64,000 nt of DNA from Microcoleus sp. (GCA_052279835.1 CP181291.1:3808001-3872000); one strand, 5' to 3'; shown: positions 39,955 through 51,551, numbered from the stretch's first letter. The notes: a model not told the origin generated them from the letters alone. Numbers and translations are program-made.

Positions 39955-41283
39955 TTAACTGTTAACAGTTAACTGTTGATACTGGATTTTTAGACACGAC
40001 CCTCGAAGCATTTGGGCCATTTCATTAGGAGATGGGGACTGTTCGATACAAATCTCTTCAGTGATCCGACCTTCTTGATAAAGCCCGTAAAGAGACTTAT
40101 TCATCGTCGTCATACCCTCATAGGTATCTTTGATCATGATTTGGTTAATTTCTTCATTCTGCCCCTTCATGATGTATTCCTTAACCACGTCAGTATTGAT
40201 CAGAACGTCGTGGAAGGCAGCCCGCTTACCATCTGTGGTTTTACACAGCAGTTGAGCGATGATTGCAACTAGAGACTCCGCCATCGAAACCCGTAGAGCC
40301 GGTTGTTCTTCTGAACCAAACATATCCAGAATCCGGTTCAGGGTTTTGACAGCGCTGTTGGTGTGCAACGTCCCCGCTACCAAGTGACCTGTTTGGGCAG
40401 CTTTCAGGGCGATTTCCACTGTTTCTCTATCGCGAATTTCCCCTACTAGCATCATGTCGGGGTCTTGTCGCAGGGCCCCTTTCAGGGCGTTGATAAACTT
40501 GAGGGTATGTCGGCCCACTTCCCGGTGCTTGATCAAAGATTTTCGACTGGTGTGTACAAATTCTACAGGGTCTTCGATCGTAATAATGTGGTGAGATTTA
40601 TTTTTGTTGATGTAATCAATCATGGCAGCCATCGTGGTGGACTTACCGGAACCCGTGGGCCCTGTCACCAAAATTAGACCTTTATGATAGCCACATATTT
40701 TCCGAAATACCTCTGGTAGCTTCAATTGCTCCATGGTCAAAATTTCGGCGGGGATGAGCCGCAATACCATAGCAGGGCCTGCTAAAGAGTCAAAGGCGCT
40801 GATCCGAATGCGGACAAAACCAAAGTCGAAGGCACCATCAAAATCTAGGTTTTTCTGGAAGTAGGCAATTTCATCATCAGTCATGCACTCCCGCAGCCAA
40901 CCCATGAACATATCTAAATCAGTTAGGGGATAGCCTGCATCAGTAATTTCACCGCGCTTGCGGAAGCGGGGGATCTCGTTGACTCCCAAGTGCAAGTCAG
41001 AAATGCCTTCTTCTTTGGCTCGCAGAACGAGTTCTCTCAAGCTGGGGTTTCCATTGTTTCCTGAGCTGGACTCTTTGGATGGGGCAAAGGATTGGGGGGC
41101 TGGTGCAGCCGGAGGCGGGGCAGATGCTGGCGCGGGAGGAGGCGATGGTGGTGCTGGTGGTGGTGGTGCTGGCAATCCTCCGGTTTTGGGAATGCCGGGA
41201 GCTGGAGGGCGGGGTGGCATACCTGGGGGTGGTGGAGCACCAGGTACGGGGGGGCGAGGAGCTGGCGGACGCTGTTGTGTCAT
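39955..41283 (-). CDS. pilT: Type IV pilus PilT-family ATPase with Pro-rich N-terminus (PilT2-like); real stop probably at 39990
   Basis: SDLHL, GPTGSGKSTT, TIEDPVE, ALRQDPD, TGHLV.GTLHT; one fewer base in CCC 40000-40002 gives ...QMLRGRV*. Confidence 0.92.
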   Translation of the reverse strand: MTQQRPPAPRPPVPGAPPPPGMPPRPPAPGIPKTGGLPAPPPPAPPSPPPAPASAPPPAAPAPQSFAPSKESSSGNNGNPSLRELVLRAKEEGISDLHLGVNEIPRFRKRGEITDAGYPLTDLDMFMGWLRECMTDDEIAYFQKNLDFDGAFDFGFVRIRISAFDSLAGPAMVLRLIPAEILTMEQLKLPEVFRKICGYHKGLILVTGPTGSGKSTTMAAMIDYINKNKSHHIITIEDPVEFVHTSRKSLIKHREVGRHTLKFINALKGALRQDPDMMLVGEIRDRETVEIALKAAQTGHLVAGTLHTNSAVKTLNRILDMFGSEEQPALRVSMAESLVAIIAQLLCKTTDGKRAAFHDVLINTDVVKEYIMKGQNEEINQIMIKDTYEGMTTMNKSLYGLYQEGRITEEICIEQSPSPNEMAQMLRGSCLKIQYQQLTVNS

Positions 41284-41592
41284 ATGCGCTACCTAAATGT
41301 TGGCGAAAAGGCTTAGTTGAGCGAATGATTTGTGGAAGTCGGGGAATGTTAAACGCGATTTTGCGTGTCTTCAACAAAAGCTTAACTTTTCACATTAGTC
41401 TATCTCAAGAGGGAGCAAAACAGCGTTATCCCAACCGGAATTTTATTCCTTATATCCTATACCGATCGCGATCGGTATAGGATAAACAATAGATATTTTG
41501 AGTCTGTTGAGAATTTTTTTTAGGTCTAGAGTTGTAACTGCGCCCGCAGTATAAATTATTACCTATATTTGTATTGAAAGGATTGGAATCTA

Positions 41593-42990
41593 ATGAATTC
41601 TGTTGATGTGGCTTTTACTCCAGCTCTGGAATTGGCGAAGTCGATCCGCGATCGAGAGGTGTCCCCCCTGGAACTTGTCAATGTTTACTTGGAACGGATC
41701 GATCGCCTAAACCCCAAACTAGGCAGTTATTTTACAGTCACAGCCGATCGGGCTCAAGCCCTAGCTAAATCTCAAACCGAACAACTAGCTGGCTTGAATA
41801 AATCACAAGAATTGCCACCTTTCTTCGGAGTGCCGATCGCGATCAAAGACTTAACACCAGTCACCGGCATTCCCTGTACCTATGGCACTCAGGCTCTTGT
41901 CGATAATATCTCAGCCTACGATGAATCAGTAGTATGGCGGATCAAAGCAGCCGGATTTAACATTCTGGGCAAAACAGCAACTTCTCAAATTGGCTCATTA
42001 CCTTACACCGAACCCCCAGGTTTCCGCCCAGCGCGCAATCCCTGGAACCGAGACTACACGCCAGGAGGTTCCAGTGGTGGCTCAGCGGCGGCTGTAGCAG
42101 CAGGTTTATGCGCGATCGCCCAGGGTTCAGATGGCGGCGGTTCGGTTCGAGGTCCAGCTTCCTGCTGCGGTTTAGTGGGCATTAAACCCTCACGGGGACG
42201 AGTTTCCTGGGCCCCTGTCGGAGATTATCTCAGTGGCATTTCTGCCAACGGTCCTCTCGCCCGCACAGTCGCTGATGCGGCCGCCCTGTTGGATGTCATG
42301 TCAGGCTACACCACGGGCGATCCTTATTGGCTTCCAGATCCAAGTCCCACATTTTTAGAGTCAGCAAGTCAAAAGTTAGGCAAGTTGCGAATTGCTTTTT
42401 CCACCTCTGTTTTCCCTGTGGGCGAGGCTGCGGATGTGTGTCAACAAGCCGTACTTGATACCGTAAAGTTACTCACTGATTTAGGTCACGATGTGGAACC
42501 TGGATGCCCGGATTTTACGGGTTTGATCGAGCCGTTTACAGCCATTTGGCAGACGGGAGCGGCTGCAAGTGGCATTCCAGCCTCTGTTTTGCAACCGATG
42601 AATCGCTGGTTGTTGGAAAGATCTATTTCGGCTGGGGAATATTTGCGGGCTGTGCATCAAATCCAGGTAGTTTCACGGCGGATTGTGGGATTCTTTGAAA
42701 AATTTGATGTGTTAGTTTTGCCGACTTATATGCACTCGCCGATTCAGATTGGTGAGTGGGCGGATTTGAGTTGTGAAGAAACTTTGGCTAATATTATTAA
42801 TTGGATTGCTCCTTGTCCACCGTTTAATGCTAGTGGCCAACCGGCGATCGCACTTCCGGCCATTTTAGATAGTAACGGTTTGCCTGTGGGAATTCAAATT
42901 ATCGGTCGGCCGGCGGCGGAAGCTACTTTAATTGCTTTGGCGGCGCAGATGGAAGCGGCGAAACCTTTCCCAGTTTTGGATTTTACCTGA
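41593..42990 (+). CDS. Amidase signature family protein
   Basis: [33 protein letters not shown]. Confidence 0.95.
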   Translation: MNSVDVAFTPALELAKSIRDREVSPLELVNVYLERIDRLNPKLGSYFTVTADRAQALAKSQTEQLAGLNKSQELPPFFGVPIAIKDLTPVTGIPCTYGTQALVDNISAYDESVVWRIKAAGFNILGKTATSQIGSLPYTEPPGFRPARNPWNRDYTPGGSSGGSAAAVAAGLCAIAQGSDGGGSVRGPASCCGLVGIKPSRGRVSWAPVGDYLSGISANGPLARTVADAAALLDVMSGYTTGDPYWLPDPSPTFLESASQKLGKLRIAFSTSVFPVGEAADVCQQAVLDTVKLLTDLGHDVEPGCPDFTGLIEPFTAIWQTGAAASGIPASVLQPMNRWLLERSISAGEYLRAVHQIQVVSRRIVGFFEKFDVLVLPTYMHSPIQIGEWADLSCEETLANIINWIAPCPPFNASGQPAIALPAILDSNGLPVGIQIIGRPAAEATLIALAAQMEAAKPFPVLDFT

Positions 42991-43054
42991 AGTGGGAAAA
43001 TTTTGAGAATATAGTAGTGATGTATTGGAAAACATCCTCCTATGGTCTATTGAC

Positions 43055-44713
43055 ATGAACATTAAAAAAACTTTCACATGGCTATCCTCCTTGGCGAGTA
43101 TGTCGATCGCGATCGCGATTAACACTTTCAGTGGCACTTTTGCCCCCGCACAAGCGGCGGAAACGGTTGTGGTTCGCAAAGGTTTTTTGGAATCTTCCAT
43201 ATCTGTAGCGGATTTGCGATCCCTTGTGGAAACTGGAAAAGTCCCGGATGGCCTTCAAAGTTACGCCAATCTCCTCTCCTCGGAACAACGGAGTCAAATC
43301 TTTGGAGCTCTCAAAGCCAAAATTCCCCTGAATGTAGTCGGACTCAGCAGCTTGCTGAATACTCGCGTTGGTACTGCGATTCTCGCGGATCTCACCACTG
43401 TCATACCTAGGCGCGACGGTGCCGGTGTCGAAGCACTACGAGCGGCCTTAGTTTTGGGAGCAAATAAGCCTGAAGGTTTGTCGGTATTGAGTTTTATTGA
43501 AAATTATCCGGGGCGACGGGTAGTAGTGGATCTCGATCGCGCTTTTGCGGTGTTGGCCAATTTGAATACTGGTTTCTGGCAAACTCAACGGTTTATGGCG
43601 GCGATCGCACCTCAGTTAGGGGCCAATAAAGCAGCGCTGAATCTGCCCTTTGATGCTAGCCAAGCCGGCCCGAATGCAGTGCAGGTACTCAAGCTAGATT
43701 TAAATGATACCGCGCGCGATCGGCGTATTCCCGTTGACGTTTATTGGTCAAAGGCTGCGACAGCCGACAAGCCGACGATCGTGTTTTCTCACGGTTTGGG
43801 TTCTGTGCGTACAGATTTGCGCTATTTAGCCGAACATTTGGCGTCTCACGGCTATATAGTAGCAGCTTTGGAACATCCGGGAAGCAATGAGGCTAACACT
43901 AATGCTGCGATTGTTGGTCAATCGCGGTTGATAGCTCCTCAAGAGTTTTTGAACCGTCCCAAGGATATCAGTTTTGTCCTCGATGAATTGGCAAAATTGA
44001 ACAAAACAGATGTTAATTTGCAGGGGAAAATTGCGATCGACAAATCCATGGTAATTGGATATTCCTTCGGCGGCGCAACTGCTTTGTCCTTAGCCGGGGC
44101 CCAGATGCAATTGAACCATCTTAAAGAGCGGTGTCGGGCGGATTTGATTACTTTAAGTTTGGGCGAAGGCATTCAGTGCGCGGCCGCCGGATTACCAGAG
44201 GAACGTTATCAATTGCGCGATCCCAGAATTAAAAGGGCGATCGCCATGAATCCTACGACTTCTTTATTATTTGGAGAAACAGGTTTAAGTAAGATAGAAA
44301 TTCCCACATTAATAGTTGCTGCTTCTGCCGATAAAACCACTCCAGCTTTAGTCGAACAAATTGTGGGATTTCCCCAAATTCCCTCTCCCAAATGGCTAGT
44401 TGGGTTTGTGGGCGCAACGCATTTAAGTGTGAAAGACCCCAGTACAACTTTAGATCAAGTTGGTAAGCCGAGTACAGTGATTACCGGTGATGAAGTAGTC
44501 GGCGACAAAGCTGTTAGTATTCGCAATTATATTAAAGCTGTAAGTTTGGCGATGGCGGCTCAAATGACGGTGGATGCTGATAAGTATGCAGTTTTTTTAA
44601 CACCAGATTATGCCCAATTTGCTTCTACACCAGCACTTCCGGTGCGACTGGTGACAGAGATTCCCCCGGAAGCTAATGCAATTGTAAAAAGTTTTATGGA
44701 GCAGAATAAGTAG
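43055..44713 (+). CDS. Alpha/beta hydrolase (DUF1400 N-domain plus dienelactone/PAF-AH-like domain)
   Basis: Signal peptide, SHGLGS, HLASHGY, EHPGS, GYSFGG nucleophile elbow. Confidence 0.88.
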   Translation: MNIKKTFTWLSSLASMSIAIAINTFSGTFAPAQAAETVVVRKGFLESSISVADLRSLVETGKVPDGLQSYANLLSSEQRSQIFGALKAKIPLNVVGLSSLLNTRVGTAILADLTTVIPRRDGAGVEALRAALVLGANKPEGLSVLSFIENYPGRRVVVDLDRAFAVLANLNTGFWQTQRFMAAIAPQLGANKAALNLPFDASQAGPNAVQVLKLDLNDTARDRRIPVDVYWSKAATADKPTIVFSHGLGSVRTDLRYLAEHLASHGYIVAALEHPGSNEANTNAAIVGQSRLIAPQEFLNRPKDISFVLDELAKLNKTDVNLQGKIAIDKSMVIGYSFGGATALSLAGAQMQLNHLKERCRADLITLSLGEGIQCAAAGLPEERYQLRDPRIKRAIAMNPTTSLLFGETGLSKIEIPTLIVAASADKTTPALVEQIVGFPQIPSPKWLVGFVGATHLSVKDPSTTLDQVGKPSTVITGDEVVGDKAVSIRNYIKAVSLAMAAQMTVDADKYAVFLTPDYAQFASTPALPVRLVTEIPPEANAIVKSFMEQNK

Positions 44714-44832
44714 GGCCTAGGGAACTTCTGCTGCCCTTCTATCCTTAGTCGAAGGGTAGTAGAAGCATACCTAACAAAGCTTGAGAACCGCTCCGGTTAC
44801 ATCGGAATGATTTAACCTTACTAGAACGCAGA

Positions 44833-44953
44833 GAGTGCATCTCAATTTTTCAAATATATTCGTAGGGGCGAAGCATGACCGCTGTAAATCTCTGGTTATC
44901 ACTAATAAATTGTCGGCGGTCATGCTTCGCCTATGCCAAATCGGGATGCTCCC
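44833..44953. mobile_element. 121-bp MITE, copy 2 (inverted), with 8-bp TSD AACGCAGA
   Basis: Near reverse complement of 38851-38971; TSD at 44825-44832 and 44954-44961. Confidence 0.88.
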
Positions 44954-45039
44954 AACGCAGAGAACACAGAGGGAAATAAGAGAGATGAATACAGACGATA
45001 CCACCGGATTTGATATAACAAATAACAAATAACCAATAA

Positions 45040-46482
45040 CTAAAAAAATTGTTTGAGATTTTGGGCCGCTTGGTTAAGATTTTGAGTAGTAAATTTGGTG
45101 TGAGCAACCCCACTGGATGTTTGTGTAGAACCTTGATTAATTTGTCTCATTGCTTCCACTACTTGCTCCACTGCTAATGCTTGTTGCTGTGCAGTCAAAG
45201 AAATTTGTTGAGTGCTAACTGCAATGTTGTTGATGGCATTTGCTACATCGCTGAAGGCTTTTGCTGTACCTTGAGCTAGCTGCATTCCTTCATCTACGGT
45301 TTGCGTGCCTTCTGATGTTACTTTGGCTGTAGTATTGATCGCTTTTTGAATATCCGTGACGAGGTTGTTGATGTTTTCCGCTGATTCTTTGCTGCGATCG
45401 GCTAACAATCTAATTTCTCCTGCAATCACTGCAAAACCTCTACCGTTTTCGCCGGCGCGGACGGCCTCTACTGCTGCATTTAGGGCTAGCATATTCGTTT
45501 GGCTGGCAAATTCGCTGACTAAATAGGCAATATTTGCAATTTGTTTAGTTTGGGCGTTTAATTGGAGAATTTGGGCTGCGATCGCTTCTACTTTTTCTTT
45601 TAATAGAGTCATTCCTTCTAAAGTACGGATTACTGCTTCGGTTCCTCCTTCAGCTAAATTTAATGCTTTAAGTGCTCCGGTTACTGCTGATTCTGCTTGC
45701 TCCGCCGTAGTTTTGGAGGATGCCCCCAACTCTTCCATTGTCACACTGGTTTCATTGACTGCGGCTGACTGCTGACTAGCAATGGCTTCTTGCTGTTCGA
45801 CAGTAGCGACAATTTCCACCGCAGAATCGGCGATCGCCACGGCTGTTAGATCGATAATTCTGACAATTTTAGAGGCGATGACAAAACCCAGCCTCAAAGA
45901 AGTCAATGCAGACAAAGCAGTACCGATGACAATGATAGTAAACAGCCACGTAGTCTCGTCTTGTTCTGCTTTGTACGCTGCGGCTAAAAAGGCTTGTTGT
46001 TCTGCCAGCAGCCGTTCTTGTGCTGATTCAATTTCTTTTGATCTCAGGGAACTTGTGAGATTTTTAGCAGATAAATTATTACCTGTTTTTAACAAATCAA
46101 ACACTTTTCTAGAATTAATATCAAGCTTTGTTATTTCCGATTTTATGCGTTCAAATTCCTCTTTTTCATGAGGATTAGTCAGAATATTTTGTAATTCGGA
46201 TGAGGAAGTTAAATAAATATTCCATCCAGCTTCATAGCTGGTTATGTAGCTTGGATCTTCGGGAAACAGCACGGCTCCCCTCACATTTCTGAGCATTCTA
46301 GAGAAACCACTATTTAAACGTTCGGCGCTGATAATAGTATTTTGAGAACGCCTGACAGTTGCTGACAAGTTTTCTCTCCGCATTGCCATCTTATAAGTAA
46401 ATAGGCTTAATACTATCAAAGAAATAATTGGTAAAAGGTATCCAATCAGGATCGAGTTTCTCAGTTTTAACTTAGAAAACAT
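45040..46482 (-). CDS. Methyl-accepting chemotaxis protein with periplasmic four-helix (CHASE3-like) sensor
   Basis: Two TMs; [31 protein letters not shown] signalling tip. Confidence 0.92.
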   Translation of the reverse strand: MFSKLKLRNSILIGYLLPIISLIVLSLFTYKMAMRRENLSATVRRSQNTIISAERLNSGFSRMLRNVRGAVLFPEDPSYITSYEAGWNIYLTSSSELQNILTNPHEKEEFERIKSEITKLDINSRKVFDLLKTGNNLSAKNLTSSLRSKEIESAQERLLAEQQAFLAAAYKAEQDETTWLFTIIVIGTALSALTSLRLGFVIASKIVRIIDLTAVAIADSAVEIVATVEQQEAIASQQSAAVNETSVTMEELGASSKTTAEQAESAVTGALKALNLAEGGTEAVIRTLEGMTLLKEKVEAIAAQILQLNAQTKQIANIAYLVSEFASQTNMLALNAAVEAVRAGENGRGFAVIAGEIRLLADRSKESAENINNLVTDIQKAINTTAKVTSEGTQTVDEGMQLAQGTAKAFSDVANAINNIAVSTQQISLTAQQQALAVEQVVEAMRQINQGSTQTSSGVAHTKFTTQNLNQAAQNLKQFF

Positions 46483-46582
46483 AATTTTTAACTGGGCAGG
46501 CACACCCTAGTGATATTTTCTGGCTGTTAAAGGGCAAAATATATATATCAAGCACTTTGAAAAAGTCTACTCCAAAATTGCT

Positions 46583-46807
46583 ATGGCTAAAAGAAACTTC
46601 ATCCCACTGTTACTATTGGTAACAGCACTGTTTATCATCTACGGTGACAGTTGGACTTTTCTCCCCAAACCTGCAAGGGATGCCAGCGTGACAAGTCGAA
46701 AATTCGTAGTCGGGTTGTGGCCATCATGGCTCAAACCCAAGGATTTCAACCAACAAAGACAACGGGATATCGATCAACTGCAAAAAAGCCCTAGTCCCAA
46801 CCGTTGA
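46583..46807 (+). CDS. Small hypothetical protein with N-terminal TM
   Basis: 74 aa; IIYGDS..FLPKP pattern. Confidence 0.65.
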   Translation: MAKRNFIPLLLLVTALFIIYGDSWTFLPKPARDASVTSRKFVVGLWPSWLKPKDFNQQRQRDIDQLQKSPSPNR

Positions 46808-46885
46808 GGACAAAACAGGATTTATATTAACTGGGATTCAGTGAGACATCCTTACGGAGCTAGGGAGCTGAGGGATTGGGGCTAG

Positions 46886-47008
46886 GTTATTGGTTAGTTG
46901 TTATTGGTTAGTTGTTATTGGTTATTAGTTATTTGTTATTATAATAACTAACTAATCACAAACGATAGATAACAAATAACCCAGAATAACTAACTAACAA
47001 CCTATAAC
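46886..47008. repeat. STRR-type heptamer arrays (TTAGTTG/TTATTGG and their complements) between convergent genes
   Basis: Degenerate tandem heptamers in inverted arrangement. Confidence 0.7.
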
Positions 47009-47031
47009 TGATGCCCCTAATCTTTCACCTT

Positions 47032-48027
47032 TTAGTGCTTTTTCAACCAGCTAAACATGGCGCGCAAATCTTTGCCGACTTCTTCGATAGGATGTTCTGC
47101 TTCCTGACGGCGCATAGAAGTAAATCCTGGTTTGCCAGCTTGGTTTTCCAGAACGAATTCGCGGGCAAATTGGCCAGATTGAATTTCGCTGAGAATTTTC
47201 CGCATTTCAGCGCGGGTTTGATCGGTGACGATGCGGGGACCACGAGTCAAGTCGCCGTATTCTGCGGTGTTGGAGATGCTATCGCGCATTTTGGCAAGTC
47301 CTCCTTCCACTACTAAGTCAACAATCAGTTTGACTTCATGCAAGCATTCAAAATAAGCTAATTCTGGTTGGTATCCGGCATCAACTAAGGTTTCAAATCC
47401 AGCTTTGATCAGCGCACTTAAACCACCGCACAAAACTACTTGTTCGCCAAAAAGATCGGTTTCGGTTTCTTCGCGGAAGCTGGTTTCCAGGATGCCTGCT
47501 CTGGTGCCGCCGATACCTTTAGCATAGGCCATTGCCCGATCGCGCGCTTGACCAGAAGCATCTTGATAGATAGCAAACAAGCTAGGAACACCTTCTCCCT
47601 GTTCGTAAGTCCGCCGCACCAAGTGTCCGGGGCCTTTGGGAGCAACCATCACCACGTCTACATCGGCGGGGGGCACAACTTGACCGAAATGAATGTTAAA
47701 ACCGTGGGCAAATGCCAGAACTTTTCCGGCGGAAAGATGGGGTTCAATGTGTTCTTTGTAAACGGTTTTTTGTACTTCATCTGGCAACAAAATCATGATG
47801 AAGTCAGCCGCTGCTGCTGCTTTGTCTACTGGGTGAACCGTTAAACCGGCTTCGGTGGCTTTGGCTGCCGATTTGCTACCGGGATACAAGCCGACAATCA
47901 CGTTCATCCCACTGTCTTTGAGGTTGAGGGCGTGGGCGTGTCCTTGGGAGCCGTAACCGACAATGGCAATGGTTTTGTTGGCTAATAGGTCTAGGTTAGC
48001 GTCGGTGTCGTAATACATACGGGCCAT
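47032..48027 (-). CDS. ilvC: Ketol-acid reductoisomerase
   Basis: [46 protein letters not shown]. Confidence 0.97.
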   Translation of the reverse strand: MARMYYDTDANLDLLANKTIAIVGYGSQGHAHALNLKDSGMNVIVGLYPGSKSAAKATEAGLTVHPVDKAAAAADFIMILLPDEVQKTVYKEHIEPHLSAGKVLAFAHGFNIHFGQVVPPADVDVVMVAPKGPGHLVRRTYEQGEGVPSLFAIYQDASGQARDRAMAYAKGIGGTRAGILETSFREETETDLFGEQVVLCGGLSALIKAGFETLVDAGYQPELAYFECLHEVKLIVDLVVEGGLAKMRDSISNTAEYGDLTRGPRIVTDQTRAEMRKILSEIQSGQFAREFVLENQAGKPGFTSMRRQEAEHPIEEVGKDLRAMFSWLKKH

Positions 48028-48251
48028 AGTAGTTGTCTCCTGCGGTAAAAATATTGTAATTGACTGCAAACCTTTAATCTTATCAAAATTCGTACCTATT
48101 TATATAAAAATTTATGGATTAAAATTTATACTAGAGAAAATAAAAGGCGATCGCCCTTAATTTGGGATTGGTTACGTCGCAGGTTGTTAAGGTCAAATAT
48201 AATCGTCAATGCTGTGGTATCTTAAACAGGCGATCGGCTACTTTTTTAACT

Positions 48252-48638
48252 ATGAAAATCACGGGAATACATCATGTGGCGATTATTTGCTCAGATTACG
48301 AAGCATCCAAGAAATTTTATGTAGAAGTATTGGGATGTTCCATCATCCAAGAAACTTTCCGAACCGAGAGGAATTCCTACAAGCTAGATTTGCAATTGGC
48401 AAACGGCGGGGCGATCGAGCTTTTTTCCTTTTCTCATCCTCCTGCAAGGGTCAACAATCCTGAAGCTTGCGGTTTAAGGCATTTAGCTTTTGCAGTTGAG
48501 GATATCAAACAATCAATTGCTGATTTAAACTCTCATAATATCGATGTCGAAGAAATTCGCATCGACGAGATTACAGGAAAGCGGTTTACCTTTTTTCGGG
48601 ACCCCGATAATTTACCATTAGAAATTTATGAAATTTAG
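48252..48638 (+). CDS. VOC/glyoxalase family protein
   Basis: IHHVAIICSDY, GLRHLAF, FFRDPDNLPLE. Confidence 0.92.
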   Translation: MKITGIHHVAIICSDYEASKKFYVEVLGCSIIQETFRTERNSYKLDLQLANGGAIELFSFSHPPARVNNPEACGLRHLAFAVEDIKQSIADLNSHNIDVEEIRIDEITGKRFTFFRDPDNLPLEIYEI

Positions 48639-48675
48639 AGCGATCGCCCCGATCGCCCTTGTTACCTAAAACAGG

Positions 48676-49197
48676 TTAATATCCTTCCGGGCCAATGGTA
48701 GTACGATCGCACTCAGCGTCAGATAAATCTCCCAAACGCGATCGAAATAAATTACACCCAGCTAATTGAGCTTTGGTGAATTTGGCATTTTCCAAATTAG
48801 TTCTGCTTAAATCAGCATTTCTCAAATCTGCATAGCTCAAATCTGCATTGTACAAATTCGCACCTTGCAAATTAGCTTTCTGTAAATTCGCACCTTGCAA
48901 ATTCGCGTGGCGCAAATTAGCTCTTGACAAATTAGCACCAGACAAGTTCGCTTCAGACAAATTGGCTTGATAAAGTTGAGTGTCACCCAATTCAGCATCT
49001 TGAAACTGAGTTTGAGAAAAATTAGCTTGAGTCAGATTTCCGTAGGGTAAATAAATTTGCCTCAAGTCGCTGCCAGAAAGATTGATTTCTTGCAAATCAG
49101 CTTGAAACAAGTTATTTTCACTTAAATCTACGGCGTCAAAGTTTCGCTTGCCCTCAGAATACTGAGCCAGCAATTCCTTAGCGCTTAGCTTTTGCAT
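48676..49197 (-). CDS. Pentapeptide repeat protein
   Basis: Tandem A(N/D)Lxx repeats. Confidence 0.92.
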   Translation of the reverse strand: MQKLSAKELLAQYSEGKRNFDAVDLSENNLFQADLQEINLSGSDLRQIYLPYGNLTQANFSQTQFQDAELGDTQLYQANLSEANLSGANLSRANLRHANLQGANLQKANLQGANLYNADLSYADLRNADLSRTNLENAKFTKAQLAGCNLFRSRLGDLSDAECDRTTIGPEGY

Positions 49198-49419
49198 TTT
49201 TACCCCTTTATGACTACAGCTAGTGCTGCCCATCCATTAGAATAATTAATAGATGTTACTCTGCGTATTTATACTTATGGATTCCCTTATGTTAAGCTTG
49301 TGTAACAACGATCGCATTTTTTCTAAGATTTTTTTTATATTTGTCCATTTATACGCTGCTAGTAAGTAGTTTGTAATGTCAAGATCAAATCAGCAACCAA
49401 AGAGGCTCCGACTCTGACT

Positions 49420-50958
49420 ATGCCAGAAACTCCAGTATCCATTGCTCAGCACTACCACCAACGGACAAAATATGACCCTGAAACCATTGCTGCCAAAAGC
49501 AGACAGCTAGACTGGGAAGAGCAACCTGTTCCTTTCAAAGAATATAAAATAGGAGCATATTTTGACCTCAAGCCCTATCTCAAAGAGACTTCACAGGAGT
49601 CCCCGGCAGATTCTGATAGCAGTTGGTGGTATCGATTGTCCAACTTCCTGTTGTGCAGCTACGGTTTAACGGCCAAAGTGTCCACCATGGATGGGAGCCC
49701 GCTGTATTTGCGATCGGCACCGTCGGCTGGGGGGCTTTACCCCGCAGAGGTTTATTTAATCTCCCGTGGCACTAAGTATTTGCCAGCCGGACTTTACAAT
49801 TATCAAGCGAGAACTCATTCCCTAGTTCACTTTTGGGATAGCGAAGTTTGGCTGGCTCTGCAAGCGGCTTGTTTTTGGTCGCCAGCCTTAGAAGATACCA
49901 AATTGGCACTAGCAATTACCAATGTCTTTTTCCGTTCTTCTTGGCGCTACGAAGACCGAGCTTATAGACGAATTTTCCTAGATACAGGTCATTTATTGAG
50001 CAACATCGAATTAGCTGCGGCACTCAATGATTATCGACCTCACCTGATTGGAGGATTCGCAGATGAAGCCATCAATCAATTGCTTTACATAGACTCCAAG
50101 CAAGAAGGAGCAATCTGTGTAGTTGCTGTAGCGGACTTGCTAGATATCAACCAAAACTTACCAAGATTCAGAACAGCTTTACCTGGAAGAAGCACCACAG
50201 ATTATCCGCACATTCCCGAAGGTCAACTGCTAGAATACCTCCATCAAGCTACACAGTTGGATTCCGATACGACAGGTACGGATGGGTGGAAATTGAATGA
50301 AATTGAAGAGGGAATAGAAGATAAATATAACTTCCCATTTTGTACTAAAGTATCGACGGTGACTCCTTCGATTAGTTGGGGATTTCACTTAGATAATTTA
50401 GAGAATACAATTCTGAAACGGCGTTCGACTCGTTCCTATACAGGTGCTTCCTTGAGCTTGGCAGAACTGCTAGCCCTGCTGGATTTTACTTATCAGCCAC
50501 ATCACTACACTGACCAAGGATTAGACGGTTATCCTGACTATTTCGATTTGAGTTTAATCGAGACTTTTGTAGCAGTTTCTGCCGTGAATGGTCTCGAAGA
50601 AGGCTGTTATTATTATGCTCCGAAAGCTCAAGAGTTGCGACAAATTAGGTTTAAGAATTTCCGTAGGGAGTTGCACTATTTGTGCTTGGGCCAAGAATTA
50701 GGAAGAGATGCGGCGGTTTTGTTGTTTCATACGGCGGATTTAAAGAAGGCGGTGGCTAAATATGGCGATCGCGTTTACCGTTATTTGCACATGGATGCGG
50801 GTCATTTGGGCCAGCGGCTGAATTTGGCGGCGATTCAATTGCGTTTGGGTGTGAGTGGGATTGCCGGATTTTTTGATGATAAGGTAAATGAGGTTTTGGG
50901 AATTCCCGCTGATGAAGCAGTGCTTTATATTACTACTTTGGGTAGGCCTAGATCTTGA
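49420..50958 (+). CDS. SagB/ThcOx-family dehydrogenase (two nitroreductase-like domains)
   Basis: YHQRTKY, RSAPSAGGLYP, RAYRRIFLDTGH, RRSTR, YRYLHMDAG. Confidence 0.9.
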   Translation: MPETPVSIAQHYHQRTKYDPETIAAKSRQLDWEEQPVPFKEYKIGAYFDLKPYLKETSQESPADSDSSWWYRLSNFLLCSYGLTAKVSTMDGSPLYLRSAPSAGGLYPAEVYLISRGTKYLPAGLYNYQARTHSLVHFWDSEVWLALQAACFWSPALEDTKLALAITNVFFRSSWRYEDRAYRRIFLDTGHLLSNIELAAALNDYRPHLIGGFADEAINQLLYIDSKQEGAICVVAVADLLDINQNLPRFRTALPGRSTTDYPHIPEGQLLEYLHQATQLDSDTTGTDGWKLNEIEEGIEDKYNFPFCTKVSTVTPSISWGFHLDNLENTILKRRSTRSYTGASLSLAELLALLDFTYQPHHYTDQGLDGYPDYFDLSLIETFVAVSAVNGLEEGCYYYAPKAQELRQIRFKNFRRELHYLCLGQELGRDAAVLLFHTADLKKAVAKYGDRVYRYLHMDAGHLGQRLNLAAIQLRLGVSGIAGFFDDKVNEVLGIPADEAVLYITTLGRPRS

Positions 50959-51000
50959 TGTTAGTTGTTAAGTAGATGAGTGGGAAAATAGATAAGTATG

Positions 51001-51183
51001 TGATGGGTAATTGGTAATTGGTAATTGGTAATGGGTAATTGGTAATTGGTAATGGGTAATGGGTAATAGGTAATAGGTAATTGGTAATTGGTAATTGGTA
51101 ATTGGTAATGGGTAATTGGTAATGGGTAATGGGTAATTGGTAATGGGTAATTGGTAATGGGTAATTGGTAATGGGTAATTGGT
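51001..51183. repeat. Long STRR array (TAATTGG/TAATGGG)n
   Basis: About 26 tandem heptamers. Confidence 0.95.
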
Positions 51184-51391
51184 GTCAACTTAACCTCAAA
51201 CCTAATACCGGTCTGCTGTTTGACTATTAAATCTAGATCCCCCCTAGCCCCCCTTAAGAAGGGGGGAACAAGAGTTTTCTCTTTCGTCCCCCTTCCCCCC
51301 TTGGGGGGGGCTAGGGGGGGGTGGGGATTTAGGGGGATCTAGACTCGGCTATGAACGAGAGATACAAAGGCTTTCAGGTGATTGTTGACAC
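51182..51391. repeat. MITE-like element with GTGTCAAC/GTTGACAC ends and a C-rich/G-rich internal palindrome
   Basis: TCTAGATCCCCC...GGGGGATCTAGA core; STRR units resume after 51391. Confidence 0.65.
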
Positions 51392-51551
51392 TAATGGGTA
51401 ATGCCCTATGCCCTTCCCCCCCAGGGGGCAGAGCTCTTTCATTCTCCAAAAAACGATGATTTTGTAGGGGCGGTGGATGGTGCGTGGCCACCCTCATGGC
51501 CTATTGAGAAAGGCTATATATTTGTTGGGAAAAAATAGGATTCAAAAAATA

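Noticed and set aside
40958..41480. Several overlapping ORFs rich in His, Trp or Gly
   Set aside because: Alternative frames of the Pro-rich pilT N-terminus
49420..50958. Possible RiPP (TOMM/cyanobactin) cluster around the SagB-like gene
   Set aside because: No YcaO, protease, transporter or credible precursor nearby; appears stand-alone
50961..51188. 75-aa ORF with PITHYQL/PITNYPL repeats
   Set aside because: Translation of the STRR heptamer array; no evidence it is a gene or a SagB precursor peptide
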